Origin: Octopus bimaculoides
Taxonomy: Eukaryota
Length of the DNA: 64,000 bases
Direction: 5' to 3'
Assembly: GCF_001194135.2 (NCBI RefSeq)
Contig: NC_068982.1
Coordinates: 10,607,622 to 10,671,621 of the forward strand
Position 1 is the first letter of the stretch; each line of letters opens with the position of its first letter. The position numbers were made by a program, and so were the translations under genes. The notes under the pieces are model-generated. The model saw only the letters and a list, made by a program, of their open reading frames with translations. It made no database searches and was not told the origin of the DNA. This document shows positions 12,020 to 25,734 of the stretch, piece after piece.

Positions 12020-12085
12020 GATACGCTCGAAACGGTCGTACTACACCACTACTTGATATCTTGTTGCTTATTTTGATTATACACA

Positions 12086-12123
<38 letters not shown>

Positions 12124-12612
12124 NNNNNNNNNNNNNNNNNNNNNNNNNNNNNNNNNNNNNNNNNNNNNNNNNNNNNNNNNNNNNNNNNNNNNNNNNNNNN
12201 NNNNNNNNNNNNNNNNNNNNNNNNNNNNNNNNNNNNNNNNNNNNNNNNNNNNNNNNNNNNNNNNNNNNNNNNNNNNNNNNNNNNNNNNNNNNNNNNNNNN
12301 NNNNNNNNNNNNNNNNNNNNNNNNNNNNNNNNNNNNNNNNNNNNNNNNNNNNNNNNNNNNNNNNNNNNNNNNNNNNNNNNNNNNNNNNNNNNNNNNNNNN
12401 NNNNNNNNNNNNNNNNNNNNNNNNNNNNNNNNNNNNNNNNNNNNNNNNNNNNNNNNNNNNNNNNNNNNNNNNNNNNNNNNNNNNNNNNNNNNNNNNNNNN
12501 NNNNNNNNNNNNNNNNNNNNNNNNNNNNNNNNNNNNNNNNNNNNNNNNNNNNNNNNNNNNNNNNNNNNNNNNNNNNNNNNNNNNNNNNNNNNNNNNNNNN
12601 NNNNNNNNNNNN

Positions 12613-12666
<54 letters not shown>

Positions 12667-13085
12667 TGTGTACTTGTATATATAAAATTTTCTTAAATTT
12701 ATTTATACCTTATAAAAGTATATTACATTCTTACCTTATATATATTGAAATTTCCTCTATCATTTATATTCAATTTAATCATTTATTAATCAAATTCTGT
12801 TTACCTATTCTTATTACCTCCAACCAATCTGAAAACCCCTCACGCGAACACATAAAAATACAAATCATAAGCAATATCATTCAGTCTGCTATAATGAATC
12901 CAGAAACACACATATAAAACATCTAATGTAATATCGTTTCCTCTCTGAAGATATTATGCTCAGGGCATATGAATTCAATATTTAATTGATTGAAACAGCT
13001 GTAAGGGATAATGATTGATTTGTTGTTGATAATAAACATTTATTAACTCCACAATCACCATTTTCGTTTTCTTCCTTTATTTGAA

Positions 13086-13205
13086 TATCAGTCGAAACGT
13101 TGTGTTAACAACAAACAAGATGAGGACAAATATCAGTCAAATGTAAATAATGTAAATAATGTAAATAATGTACATAATTCCTCATCTCTTAAATATAGAA
13201 CTGTA
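13086..13205 (+). mobile_element. 5'-truncated family H2 tail (3' half of hammerhead plus Penelope-like tail)
   Basis: tatcagtcGAAACGTTgtgttaacaacaaacaagatgaggacaaatatc..aatgtaaataatgt...ctcttaaatatagaactg matches 31669-31743 (-) and 31974-32064 (+). Confidence 0.8.
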
Positions 13206-13771
13206 TAGGTCCTAATGCTCCTAGCACAAAAGGAAATATCTTTTAATAATGGTTTTCCACATTCTTCTTAGTTCCACCTTCAAATTTACATAATTGGTAG
13301 TCTTTTTGAATTCTTTAACAGCTACATTATGGTCACCTGGAAATGTTCTATCAATAATGAATAATTCCTGTATCTCTTTGACCACCAAATTGAATGTATG
13401 GTCCTACATGCTCGATCACTCTGTTTTTGACTCTCAAAATTTTTCTTCTCACCTCCTAGTTTTTATCCAGCAATATAGGCTTGTTTTTGCATTCATCGAA
13501 TGAGTCCTCCATCTGTCACTGCAGGGTTTTCTTCGGGGACACTTTTACAGCCTTGGAAGTTACTTGTTTCATTCTTTCTTTCAGATCCTTACAAGAATAT
13601 GTGATTAGTATAGGGTTATTCCTTCCTTTGTGAGTTTATCATGATTTGCACCTCTTCAAAATAACAGGAAACAACACTAGATTGACCACCAGATATTGTA
13701 CGTTGTGATCCATCTGTCCAGGATGAATTAACCGCACACCTGGACACCAACCCAGGCATTCTCATGTACCC

Positions 13772-13975
13772 GTTGAGCATGCCAGATAAAATGCTTAGAA
13801 GCATATCTTCTGGCTTTACGTTCCGAGTTCAAATTTCGACAAGATCGATGTTGCATTTCATCTTTTCGGGTTCGATAAAATAAGCTACCCGCCAAGAAAT
13901 GGGAGACGAAATAATCGATAACCCACTACCCCCAGAATTTCAGGCCTTGTACCTATATTAATAGGATCAGTATTA
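13772..13975 (+). mobile_element. SINE family A, diverged
   Basis: aaaatgcttag..ttacgttccgagttcaaattt...tttcatcttttcgggttcgataaaataag...ggccttgtacc. Confidence 0.8.
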
Positions 13976-13994
13976 TCATTATTATTATTATTAT

Positions 13995-14032
<38 letters not shown>

Positions 14033-14674
14033 AGTTTGCAATACGTTATCTGTATAACACACCTAATTGTCCGTACGTTTCGTTTGCTTTAGCTTTGCCT
14101 TAAAAATCGAACCGTTTAATATTTCTTTGCCCTATTTTGTGGATAAAGCAACCAGGATCTTGGAGAACTGGTCTATCCTCATGTTTTCGCCCTTCAGACT
14201 AGTTTCTTACTTTTTAATTCGGGAGTTATCCCTTTTTTAAATGAAAACTCAAAATATGGCGTCGAAATTTTTGTTAAGCTACTGTAGAGTCATAAAATGT
14301 GTTGGGAACGGCAAGTTTAACACAGTCTTTCCTATCTTAATCCAAAATATCATCGTCACCACTATTACAGCAAAAACAAAGGCTACAAAACATGCCAAAG
14401 AGAACAACATTAACCCATCAATTTCCACCACAACATACCGTGGTTGGTGGTATCGACCACAAAATTTCAACGAGAATAACAACACAAGCATTAACAACAG
14501 ATAAAAAGCAAAACCGAGAGTACCACTACCACCATCATCGTTACTACCACTGCTTCCTTTGCTCCAATTGTTAACATCATCAACAATAGCAATAACAGTA
14601 ACAACAGGAAGAAAGCAATTAAGGAAAACAGTAAAGTTTATTTGCCAACGTAACGTTGAAATCCTGCGTGGGTC

Positions 14675-14864
14675 TATGTTACTACTTTTAACCCGAGGAA
14701 AACATCATTTTCCAGCTCGTTATCGACGCATGATCTGTGTTTGAGACCCACAACTACTACCACCAACACTACCATCCCATTACTCACAGTATGTCTCGGA
14801 CACAGATCATGCGTCAATAACCAGCTGGAAAAGATGTTTTCCCAGGGTTAAAAGTAGTAACATA
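14675..14864. repeat. Inverted repeat with ~73-bp arms and 45-nt spacer
   Basis: 14675-14747 vs reverse complement of 14793-14864, about 7 differences. Confidence 0.9.
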
Positions 14865-16642
14865 TCCTATGCCGGACTACCACGTTATATTGGCAAATAA
14901 GCTTTACTATAGAGTACAGTTACTACGCAGATCTTATTCAGAGATTTAAAACTAGGTTGTTGGGGGTTTTTTTCCTCCTAATTAAGCAAAGCATTATCCG
15001 GCAGCTGAAACGATCCTTCACCCATTATTTGCTGCTAATTCTAAACACCACAACCACCACCACTACTAATTTGGTCGCCCAAGACAGTAGCAGCGCCACT
15101 ACCGCAAACCAGTGAAATTGTACTTTAACTTCAACCGAAACGGCAACAGAAAGAAGTCAGAGGGTAAAATGTGGAACAGATACAACCACTTGGGAAACTA
15201 AATGCATTTAAATACCGTCAGACATTTTGTTCAGCCCTTGCGGTATTACTAATCTACTGACTTTATAGCAATTATTAATTAATGTTTTTTTGAAATGTTA
15301 AAGTCTCATACGACATTCTATATTTTGAATGCAAAGTCAAAATGAATTTTATTGTTTTACTCATTTGTAGACGAAAAGACTTGTTTACATTTTTATAATT
15401 TTACCTACTGTATTTTTTGTGATATCGCTAAAGATTCAATAATATGGAATAATTATTTTGAAATCATAAACGAAATATACATGTTTGTTTGTCCCTCTGT
15501 TTGGTCACAGACGAAATAATGGCTTATCGGGGTTTTGTAAATTCGATAGATTATAAACGCATGTAGAATATTATTATTTGTACAATACATGTCTTATACT
15601 TACACATAGACACACATGCAACCAGGCACAGACATATANNNNNNNNNNNNNNNNNNNNNNNNNNNNNNNNNNNNNNNNNNNNNNNNNNNNNNNNNNNNNN
15701 NNNNNNNNNNNNNNNNNNNNNNNNNNNNNNNNNNNNNNNNNNNNNNNNNNNNNNNNNNNNNNNNNNNNNNNNNNNNNNNNNNNNNNNNNNNNNNNNNNNN
15801 NNNNNNNNNNNNNNNNNNNNNNNNNNNNNNNNNNNNNNNNNNNNNNNNNNNNNNNNNNNNNNNNNNNNNNNNNNNNNNNNNNNNNNNNNNNNNNNNNNNN
15901 NNNNNNNNNNNNNNNNNNNNNNNNNNNNNNNNNNNNNNNNNNNNNNNNNNNNNNNNNNNNNNNNNNNNNNNNNNNNNNNNNNNNNNNNNNNNNNNNNNNN
16001 NNNNNNNNNNNNNNNNNNNNNNNNNNNNNNNNNNNNNNNNNNNNATATATGCACACACGCAAATACATAAACGGAAGGATGGACGATTGGATTATGCGTT
16101 TGCTTATCTATCAATAAATCGTTAAATCAATACCCCTGACATCCTTTCACTGGGTTTCATCAAGTACAGTATATATCGATAAATTTCAATTGATCAAGAC
16201 GTATCAAGTGTTTTGACTAAGTCATAACATTGTATTTGATGAAAAAAATAAATATCTGATATTGTTTATGAGACAAAAGATGTACGCAATGAAAACATCG
16301 AATACACATCAAAATCCATGTCTTTTTTTTTTTAGATTTCTAAATGCTATTGCGTCCGATAATCATCTATGATTGACAAAACACCAACATTCGGTATCAA
16401 CTATCTATATTTAGCTACGCAGCGTTATGTAGTAGTTAAAAATCTATCCGGAAAAATTCCAAGAGCAAAATTTAGCTTGCTATGTATAGATAACAGTCCA
16501 AACGCTGACGGGATATTTTCTGTCTGACATCAGATGTATATTCCGCTATTCCTTTAGATGTTTCATCCAACCGACTTTAGTCATGCAGGAATACCATCGT
16601 TTTTATGTCAGTAGATACAGACACACCAGTTATGTATATCCG

Positions 16643-16699
<57 letters not shown>

Positions 16700-16982
16700 T
16701 GTGTGTGTGTCTGTGTGTGTGTGTGTGTGTTCGCGTTTGTTTGTAAGCATGTAAGTGCCTGTGGTGTATATATATATATATTTATAGGAAGCGGGAGAGT
16801 TCGGTGATAAAATATTTGGCTATGTCGTCTTACACGTATTTCATTTATAAAAAATGATTATCTATGTACTGTAAATTATATAAACCGATTTCATTGTCAA
16901 ATCTTCGGAGACGCGCAACTCACATTTGTAATTGTGGATTAGAGATAGTATAGCCATTACTGGCTCTGCAATACTATGGAGA

Positions 16983-17059
<77 letters not shown>

Positions 17060-17079
17060 ACAGCAGCAGCAGCAGTAAC

Positions 17080-17111
<32 letters not shown>

Positions 17112-17118
17112 CAGCAGC

Positions 17119-17187
<69 letters not shown>
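16983..17187. repeat. Compound (AGT)n/(GCA)n microsatellite
   Basis: Directly visible; source of the poly-V and poly-Y ORFs. Confidence 0.97.
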
Positions 17188-17344
17188 TGTTTTCTATTGA
17201 CAGGAAATCTTCAAATAAAACAGAATGACATACATACATGTTTGTAGTCTTGTTTTCTCATTTGATGCTCTTCGATTAGACGGTATGACGTGTAATTTCA
17301 AGATAATTTCATTGGTTATTTCTAGTTTCGATATCTCTCTCTGT

Positions 17345-17625
17345 AGCCTAGTGTTTAGGACGTTGCGCTTACGATCGCGAGATCGTGGTTTCAATTGCTA
17401 GACTGCGTTGCGCGTTGAGTTTTTGACCAAAACACATTTCATTTCATATTGCTCTGCTATTACTTTGACACCTAACGCATGGTAATCCGTGCCCCTGTTT
17501 AAGCAACGTCGATTTGATGGAGGACATGAGCTAATATACTGCACATATATTTGATCATTATAAACAAATCATTTGTGCAGGTCGTTCGTCAAAAGTTGAA
17601 TGCTTATACGCCGTCTTCCAAGGCA
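17345..17625 (+). mobile_element. tRNA-derived SINE with CORE-like domain
   Basis: A-box-like gcctagtgtttagg, B-box-like ggtttcaattgc, then gagtttttgaccaaaacacatttcatttcatattgctc resembling the CORE motif gtgttcttgagcaagacac. Confidence 0.55.
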
Positions 17626-18315
17626 GATAATCCATCATATTTTTATTGAAAGCATACCAGCTGCTTTTGCCAAAACCTGAGTCTAAATATTTTGATATAC
17701 CCTCTATTTTGAGATGGTACTATGTGACTTTTGTGAGGGAGAGGCTTGGCTTCTGATCTTACCAATCGATTTACCACACCAGCAAGTATGTATGTGTGTA
17801 TGTGTGTACGCATGGGCCTGCCTGTGTTCATGGATATTAACAAATGAATCCACGAGTTTTTAATAATGCACATTTTGAAAGGAATTTGGTAGACGTACTT
17901 TTTCAAAAGTATTCAGTTGCTTGATTACTTCGAGTTTGCATTGGAGTTGACTAAATGTAAACAGAATTTTTTAATGTGCTTCGGAATTTCATGCTAATAA
18001 TGAATAATATCAATCAGAATAAATTCATAGATCTTTTCATGTTGTTCATTGAGCATTAGCAAATTGCTGAATGATAAAAAGGTTTCTTTCTTTCTGTGTA
18101 AAGTGTGTGTGTGTGTGTGTGTGAGCTTGCATGCATATATTAACAATTGTCTGATTTTGTGATCAGTAGCTGTTCTCTCGTAAACGTTGTGACTAGAAGT
18201 GTGAATCGACTGCGCTCATGTGCAGTAATAAAACACTGTAAACCGTGATTCATTAGGAAATGTTAACCCCTATGTGCATCAACCACGCACACGCAGACAA
18301 ACCTGTGTGTATGTA

Positions 18316-18390
<75 letters not shown>

Positions 18391-19961
18391 GTGGTATGCA
18401 TGTGTGTATGTACATATATATATATATGTATGTATGCAATCATCTATGTATGTGTGTATATATGTAGGTGTGTTTTCACGTACGAACGAAATACAACATA
18501 TACATGGACCAGATCTGTAAGAAAGTGTAAAAGTGTTTAAAGTTAAATATTAGTAACATTAGTCTTGCTTTAACCACTTCCAACACTTGGCATATAGGTA
18601 ACCAAACGAAGGTCTGTTGTTGATGGACAGGACATTAAGTAATGGACATAAAACAAAATAAACACTTTGTTGACAAGGCTATCGGTACAATGACTTATAC
18701 GCGCACACAAACATACATGTGGGAGTAGCCATTCATATGCACACGTTTAGATATTTTTATGTGTGAGACACTACATGTGCGCGCGGTAGCGTGTGTGTAT
18801 CTGTGTGTGTGTAAAGATTTTCATAAAAAGATCTTGAAGCGTCGTGTGAGTTGGTATATATAAGTATATTTTTCGTTTTAGAAATGAAGGAAATCTCGAA
18901 CGCAAGAGGAATTGCTGTGAAGTACCTTTAGAAAACCGTGTAAAATACCCTTATAGACAGGAGAATGTGGTCAACAACTTCTACAGAGAATCGAACATTA
19001 TACCTAGCAAATTCTGGCTGAGCGCTCTACGTTGTTGAACGAAACCATCTCTCGCAACAGATACCATATTTTATAAACAATAACAACAAAATGAAAATAA
19101 GGTGTGGTACAATGCACTTTTGGCGGTAAAAGTAACGTCGGATATAAACAGAAATATGAGCAGTCATTGAAGTGAAAATAATAAGGAGTACAAAGACAAC
19201 AAGTGTAAACAACCATACTCTATTAGAAAAAAAAGCGTGAAAAAACCTAATTTCTACTTTCTAAATTTATAAATCTGTAATATATAAGAAACGTGGTTGA
19301 AAACAGTTGCTGAACACCGACACAACGAAAAATATACTTCTTCTGCTAAACGAAATATTAAAATATGCCCCTGTAGTAAGAGATGATATATCGTAGTTAA
19401 ATGAAGGCATATGAAAAAATACCTTTATATTAACGAAAAATCTTGTGACTGTTGTTAATTTATATTTAGACTTAACACATTACATTGCCAAGAGCTCGTC
19501 AAATACAAGTTAATAAATTCTAAACCCATTGGGAATAACAATCGCCTTAAAAAGCGAAGAAGCAGCTAGAGACACGAGGCATAATGGAATTAATCTTTAG
19601 CTTCAAATGTGTGTGTTTATGAATGTGTTTATGTGTAACAAGTGGAAAAGAGTGCTTGTGACTCCAGACTCACCTACTTTCCTGTCATCTGTTGCGCTAA
19701 TATTCAATGTAATTAACCAAAATATTCAGCTATTTGCTTCAAGCCGTCTAGAGCTTATTGCTCCTTTCGCTGGGTCTCAGACGATTTGTTTTTAAACATT
19801 CAATGCCTTGATCCTTGTTGGTAATCTCACACACGCTTTCACATGCACTCTAGCAAACACCTTCGCTAATTTGATACCATGCATACATTACATATAAATG
19901 TGTGTGTTTCATTCATATGCGTTAACTACCACATTATAGCGCGTTAGCTCTTATATATATA

Positions 19962-20028
<67 letters not shown>

Positions 20029-21338
20029 AGTCATCAACAAGCTAACATGAAAGTCCAGAAAAATAGGACGAATGCTGCCGCTGATTAGCTCCAAGAGGCT
20101 ATCGCCTCTAGCTAGCTATGTAACACACAATCTTGTGTTCATTACACCCTTCGAACAGGGCTATAATCAGCTTCCCTTGCTAGTTGAATGTCCACAGACT
20201 AGTTTCTGAGTATTTGCCCCTTATCAATGTCGAGTAACCGAACCCACCAAGCTTCGCCGTTGACTGTCTGTTCGAGGTTTTTTTTTTTATATATACTCAG
20301 TCGAGCACATCCACTGGTTTTCAAAAATAGAAATACTATTATTTCTAAATGTCTCTAAAGTATAATACGAAGTTAACCTTCGTCGGAATGAAACTAAAAA
20401 CGTATGCGGAATATTGCTAAGTATTTTGTTTGACGCTGCAGTTATCTGCCAATCCAGTGACTGACAGTGAGTAGTTAAAAAGAATAAGAATAAGAAAAAA
20501 GAAGATAAAATAAGAGACACGCAGAAAATCGAGTCCTCAGTTGGTGCAAAAGCGTTAAGAAATTTTAAACATGTAGAAATGAAACCTTTGCATGTTTAGA
20601 TTTTATGATCCTCTTTAGTATAAAAAAAAGTAATAATTGCATATAAAGGAAGTATAGCATTTAAAACATTAAGAAGAATTTCTAGTAATTCAGAAAAATT
20701 AACCAATTTTGTGATCCCGTTTAGTGACTGTCGAAGGGGCGTTAAACGTTTATTTCTGTCCTTTTATTAGTAATTTATCGACCCCAAAGCGTCGATAAAT
20801 TATAATACTAACAATATACTAAACTCGATGGTATCGACTAAATCCTTAACCTAACAATCTGCTGACCTTGTGCCTGAACTGGAAACCGTAATCTTACTGA
20901 ATCGTTATTTTATTTCTTTCCCTTAAGCGTTATATATTTCTATTTTTCTCTCATTCAAAATATTTCTTCACGTCTTATCTTTGTCCCCCAACGTTTTCCG
21001 AGGCATAAATATTGATAACATACACAAATTTCTCCCGTTGTTTCTCTCTCCCCTCTCTTTCTGTCTCTATATTTCTCTTTACAACACCATTGCTAACAAC
21101 GCCTCACATTACAATTCTTATTCTCCTCTCTGTCGAACAATTTTATCTTCCTTCCTCAAACTCTGCTTTGTTGCTCGGACTATCTTTTACACTTTCACTT
21201 TTTTCTCCATATCACCTTATATTTCACTGTTGTGTCGCATGCTTGCCTGTCACGCAAACTGATAATTGCTCGTTACTTCTCTCTCTCTCTCTCTCTATCT
21301 CGCTCTTTCACACACATACACACTCAAAACTTTCTCTC

Positions 21339-21428
<90 letters not shown>

Positions 21429-21584
21429 TCCCTCCCTCAGTCAAACTTGTATTTGTCTATTAGCTGACTTTTTTTTAACACACTTTTCATTCACTTCACT
21501 CAACACCACCAGTTTTCCCTCCGGCATGACAAAAACGGGGGAAAAGAACTACCAACAGACATTCGAGATGCGAATTAGTTATTA

Positions 21585-21629
<45 letters not shown>

Positions 21630-21913
21630 TACACACACACACATGCACACACACATGCACACACACACACACACACATACACACACACACACACAATTAT
21701 TAACAAGGAGTGTAGAACAAGCGAGCTGTTTTATTACATAAATTTACTATTGTTTCATTGACATTCGAACTTGAGTATTGGTGTATTTATATACGCAACT
21801 AGAGGCTTAAACTGCATCAATATATTGTACACGTGTGTATGTGTGTATATATGCGTGCATGTGCATGTGTGTGCGTTTGTGTTTGTGTGTTCATGTGTGT
21901 TTGTGTACTATTA

Positions 21914-22917
21914 CACTGGGCAACAAAAAAGTTTTATCGTCTGCTACCCAGACATATGGTGCTGTACTAAACTAAACCGAATACGTTGATACTGAATCTG
22001 AACTCAGAATTGTTGTAGTACGTCAGGACTTTGAGTTATGCGCATAATTATATGTTAATAATATATTAGAATCAGGAATAGTTAAGTTCAAGTTAAATAA
22101 TTACTATAATAGTATATTAGTACTGTGTATAGTAGATTTATGTTCAAGGCAAATAGTATTATAATATAATGGTACGTAGTATATTTATTTTAAGAGAATA
22201 CTCACTTTATGTTTTAAATGCTCAGCTCAGAAGTGTTTGAGACACTTGTTCTTGCGCTTATGTGTTTACCAGTCTCCTGTTGTGGGAACCAGCGGTAGTC
22301 ACCCATCATGTGTGGATCGAACTGGCCCTGATACTTCGTTTGCATCTCAGATATGTCTTAGTGGAACCTCTCACCATGTTCATCACCAACGGGACCAAAA
22401 TTCGTTGGAAAAGAATCGAGGTGAGAATGCAAGAAGTGCATTTTTAGAGACATTCGGCATCCCATTCTTTCATACGCTGTTAGCATGTTGTTTAATCTGC
22501 ATAGTTTTCAGCACTATGCTTTCCAAGAAAGTTCTGTACAACTAACACGAATAAATCCCATTCCATCAGCTCAACTGGATTCAGTTTACCTCTGAATTAG
22601 ATATCAATTTCCTGATCTCGGATTCAATGAAAATGCCTGCTTTCAGTTTTGTGTCATTTTTCTCTGCACCAAATTTTACTCTTAGGTACGGAAAGCCAAA
22701 ACCATTGTGTGTCATTGCTTTTACAAAGTTTTTCATGAAGTCAAGTTTGATGTGAAGGGGTGGAAGGAAGATCTTTTGCGGTTCTACCAGTGGCATATGC
22801 TGCACATTGTACCGACCAACTATGCGCTCATCTCTTTTAGGCCAGTGTAATGATTGCTGTCGTCGCGGCTGTTCCAAACACACAAGAAGCACATATTTTT
22901 TGGTACATCCCAGCTGC
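21914..22917 (-). mobile_element. DNA transposon remnant, Chapaev3-like (CMC), one terminus plus C-terminal transposase
   Basis: Terminus tta|CACTGGGCAAC at 21914; minus-strand translation PLVEPQKIFLPPLHIKLDFMKNFVKAM...KLKAGIF...VVQNFLG..MGCRMSLKMHFLHSHLDSFPTNFGPVGDEHGERFH*DISEMQTKYQG...MMGDYRW, with stops and a frameshift. Family name is from recall. Confidence 0.7.
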
Positions 22918-23192
22918 AGTCCTACGAGGAGGGAGATTACATTTAAATCACCACAAACATTTCACTTATGAACTGAGTAATTAATTCCTTTCAGAATGAG
23001 TTCCATTGAGTCATAAATTTCTTCCAAACCGACAATATGACTCACAGGAATGGAAGGTTTTTCATTACCATTATGTAACAATACAGCTTTGAGGCTGACC
23101 TTACTCGAGTCTATAAACATTCTCCATTCGTTCGCCACATGCTCGGGTCTAGTTTTTGCATGGGTGCATTAACATCAATACAGAAACAAGCA

Positions 23193-23508
23193 TTATTTTC
23201 TTCGGGGTCGATTAAATAAGTACCAGTTACGTACTGAGGTCGATATTATCGACTTAATCCGTTTGTTTCTCCTTGTTTGTCCCCTGTGTTTAGCCCCTTG
23301 TGGGCAATAAAGAAATAAGAAACGTTAGCACACTGGGTGAAATGCTAAGCGGTATTTCGTCTGCCGTTACGTTCTGAATTCAAATTCGGCTGAGGTCATA
23401 TTTTGGGGTCGATACATTAAGTACCAGTTGTGTACTGTGGTTGATCTAATCGACTGGCTTCCTCTCCTAAAATTTTGGGCCTTGTGCCTAGAGCAGAAAC
23501 GAATATTC
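23193..23508 (+). mobile_element. SINE family A dimer (long-tail monomer fused to short-tail monomer)
   Basis: ...cttgtgggcaataaagaaataa-gaaacgttagcac... junction at ~23319-23323. Confidence 0.85.
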
Positions 23509-24360
23509 CTGTGTCGTTTCGATGAAATATATTCACCAAAAATTGAAGATACAAACGTAGTGCTATGAAATCTCTTATATTCCGAAAACGTGAAGGCCAT
23601 TGTGGTCGAGAAAGACACATACAAGAGAGTCAAAGACATGTGCGGAGACGGGATTGTTGGTGGAGTTCGAACTCCTATCACCAGTAGTTCAGCTAAAAGA
23701 CTTGGAGCCTTTCATGAAGTATTAAAAAGAAAAAAAAGTAAGTAAAATTGTTTTGTTGGAAAAAAAGGAAAAAAAGGAATAAAAAAAGAGAGAGAAAATA
23801 AAAGTGTTTCATGGAAAAAAAAGAGAGAAAAAAAGATGATTAAGAAAAAAAAAAACAATGCAAAAATTGAACGATTGTAAATAGTGTATATAAACGTTCA
23901 AATGGTACTGCATGGGAATGGGGCCCATGCAGCCATTTCATTTCTTCATTTTTATATAACGTCTCATTCTCGTTCGTTTTATACTTTCTGTCCCCATTGT
24001 GGTGTTCTGTCTGTCCTTGTAGTGTCCGCCTCTGTGTTGTGACTGTAGTGCCAAATAAAGAAATAGTAATGCTATGAAATCTCGTATAATACAATATTCA
24101 CGCGTGAAACACACTCAGACTTATCATAATAAGTCTGAGCGCCAAACAATTTAAATACAAATCATTCAAATATAAATATAAGATTTAAAATATGAGAATC
24201 TATTAGTGTAGAAGATACTCACGCACACACACACAAACACACACGCACAAATATACCCACGCATGCACGCACGCACACACGGGTTATTTATGTCATGCGA
24301 AGGATATCTAATCTATCGCAGACATAGATATATAGACACACTTTCATATATCATAAACTG

Positions 24361-24374
24361 GTTGCCATGGTAAC
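24361..24374. promoter_or_regulatory. RFX X-box motif
   Basis: GTTGCCATGGTAAC, match to the GTTGCYATGGYAAC consensus; function not shown. Confidence 0.5.
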
Positions 24375-25734
24375 AAATAAAATGTATCTGAAGAGTAGCT
24401 GAAATTAATTTACTCTTATCTAATTACGCGATAATTTAATAAACTCATATGCTAGTAATCGAATCTAGAGAATATGAAATAATGGAGACTTTTAAATTAA
24501 AAGACTCCATAGAAATTAGGAAATACTTTTTCTTATTAGTATAACAACGGAACAACGAACAGACATTGCATACAACGCTAATAATCACTCTCCCTCTTTC
24601 TCTCTCTCTCTCCCTCTCTCTCTCCCTCTCTCACTCTATCTCTATCTATCTCTCTCGCCTTGCGTGCGCGTGCGCATGGGACTATGTCTTCGAAGTTTCC
24701 TTTTTATTATTTAAAAATGAGACCATCTAATCTTAAGACAAAATGAATACATACAAAACACGCATTAAATTACATATATGTATATATGTATATATATATG
24801 TATATATNNNNNNNNNNNNNNNNNNNNNNNNNNNNNNNNNNNNNNNNNNNNNNNNNNNNNNNNNNNNNNNNNNNNNNNNNNNNNNNNNNNNNNNNNNNNN
24901 NNNNNNNNNNNNNNNNNNNNNNNNNNNNNNNNNNNNNNNNNNNNNNNNNNNNNNNNNNNNNNNNNNNNNNNNNNNNNNNNNNNNNNNNNNNNNNNNNNNN
25001 NNNNNNNNNNNNNNNNNNNNNNNNNNNNNNNNNNNNNNNNNNNNNNNNNNNNNNNNNNNNNNNNNNNNNNNNNNNNNNNNNNNNNNNNNNNNNNNNNNNN
25101 NNNNNNNNNNNNNNNNNNNNNNNNNNNNNNNNNNNNNNNNNNNNNNNNNNNNNNNNNNNNNNNNNNNNNNNNNNNNNNNNNNNNNNNNNNNNNNNNNNNN
25201 NNNNNNNNNNNNNNNNNNNNNNNNNNNNNNNNNNNNNNNNNNNNNNNNNNNNNNNNNNNNNNNNNNNNNNNNNNNNNNNNNNNNNNNNNNNNNNNNNNNN
25301 NNNNNNNNNNNNNNNNNNNNNNNNNNNNNNNNNNNNNNNNNNNNNNNNNNNNNNNNNNNNNNNNNNNNNNNNNNNNNNNNNNNNNNNNNNNNNNNNNNNN
25401 NNNNNNNNNNNNNNNNNNNNNNNNNNNNNNNNNNNNNNNNNNNNNNNNNNNNNNNNNNNNNNNNNNNNNNNNNNNNNNNNNNNNNNNNNNNNNNNNNNNN
25501 NNNNNNNNNNNNNNNNNNNNNNNNNNNNNNNNNNNNNNNNNNNNNNNNNNNNNNNNNNNNNNNNNNNNNNNNNNNNNNNNNNNNNNNNNNNNNNNNNNNN
25601 NNNNNNNNNNNNNNNNNNNNNNNNNNNNNNNNNNNNNNNNNNNNNNNNNNNNNNNNNNNNNNNATATATATATATATATATACACACGCAGAAAGTGCGT
25701 CAGCTATCTGAGAAAATAACTTCTTAAAAGTCAC

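Noticed and set aside
11897-12040. Hairpin followed by GAAAcgGTC as a long-stem-II hammerhead
   Set aside because: No CUGANGA upstream of the stem
13141-13175. CRISPR-like short repeats (aatgtaaat)n and other periodic arrays
   Set aside because: Simple tandem repeats without unique spacers; eukaryotic context, no cas genes
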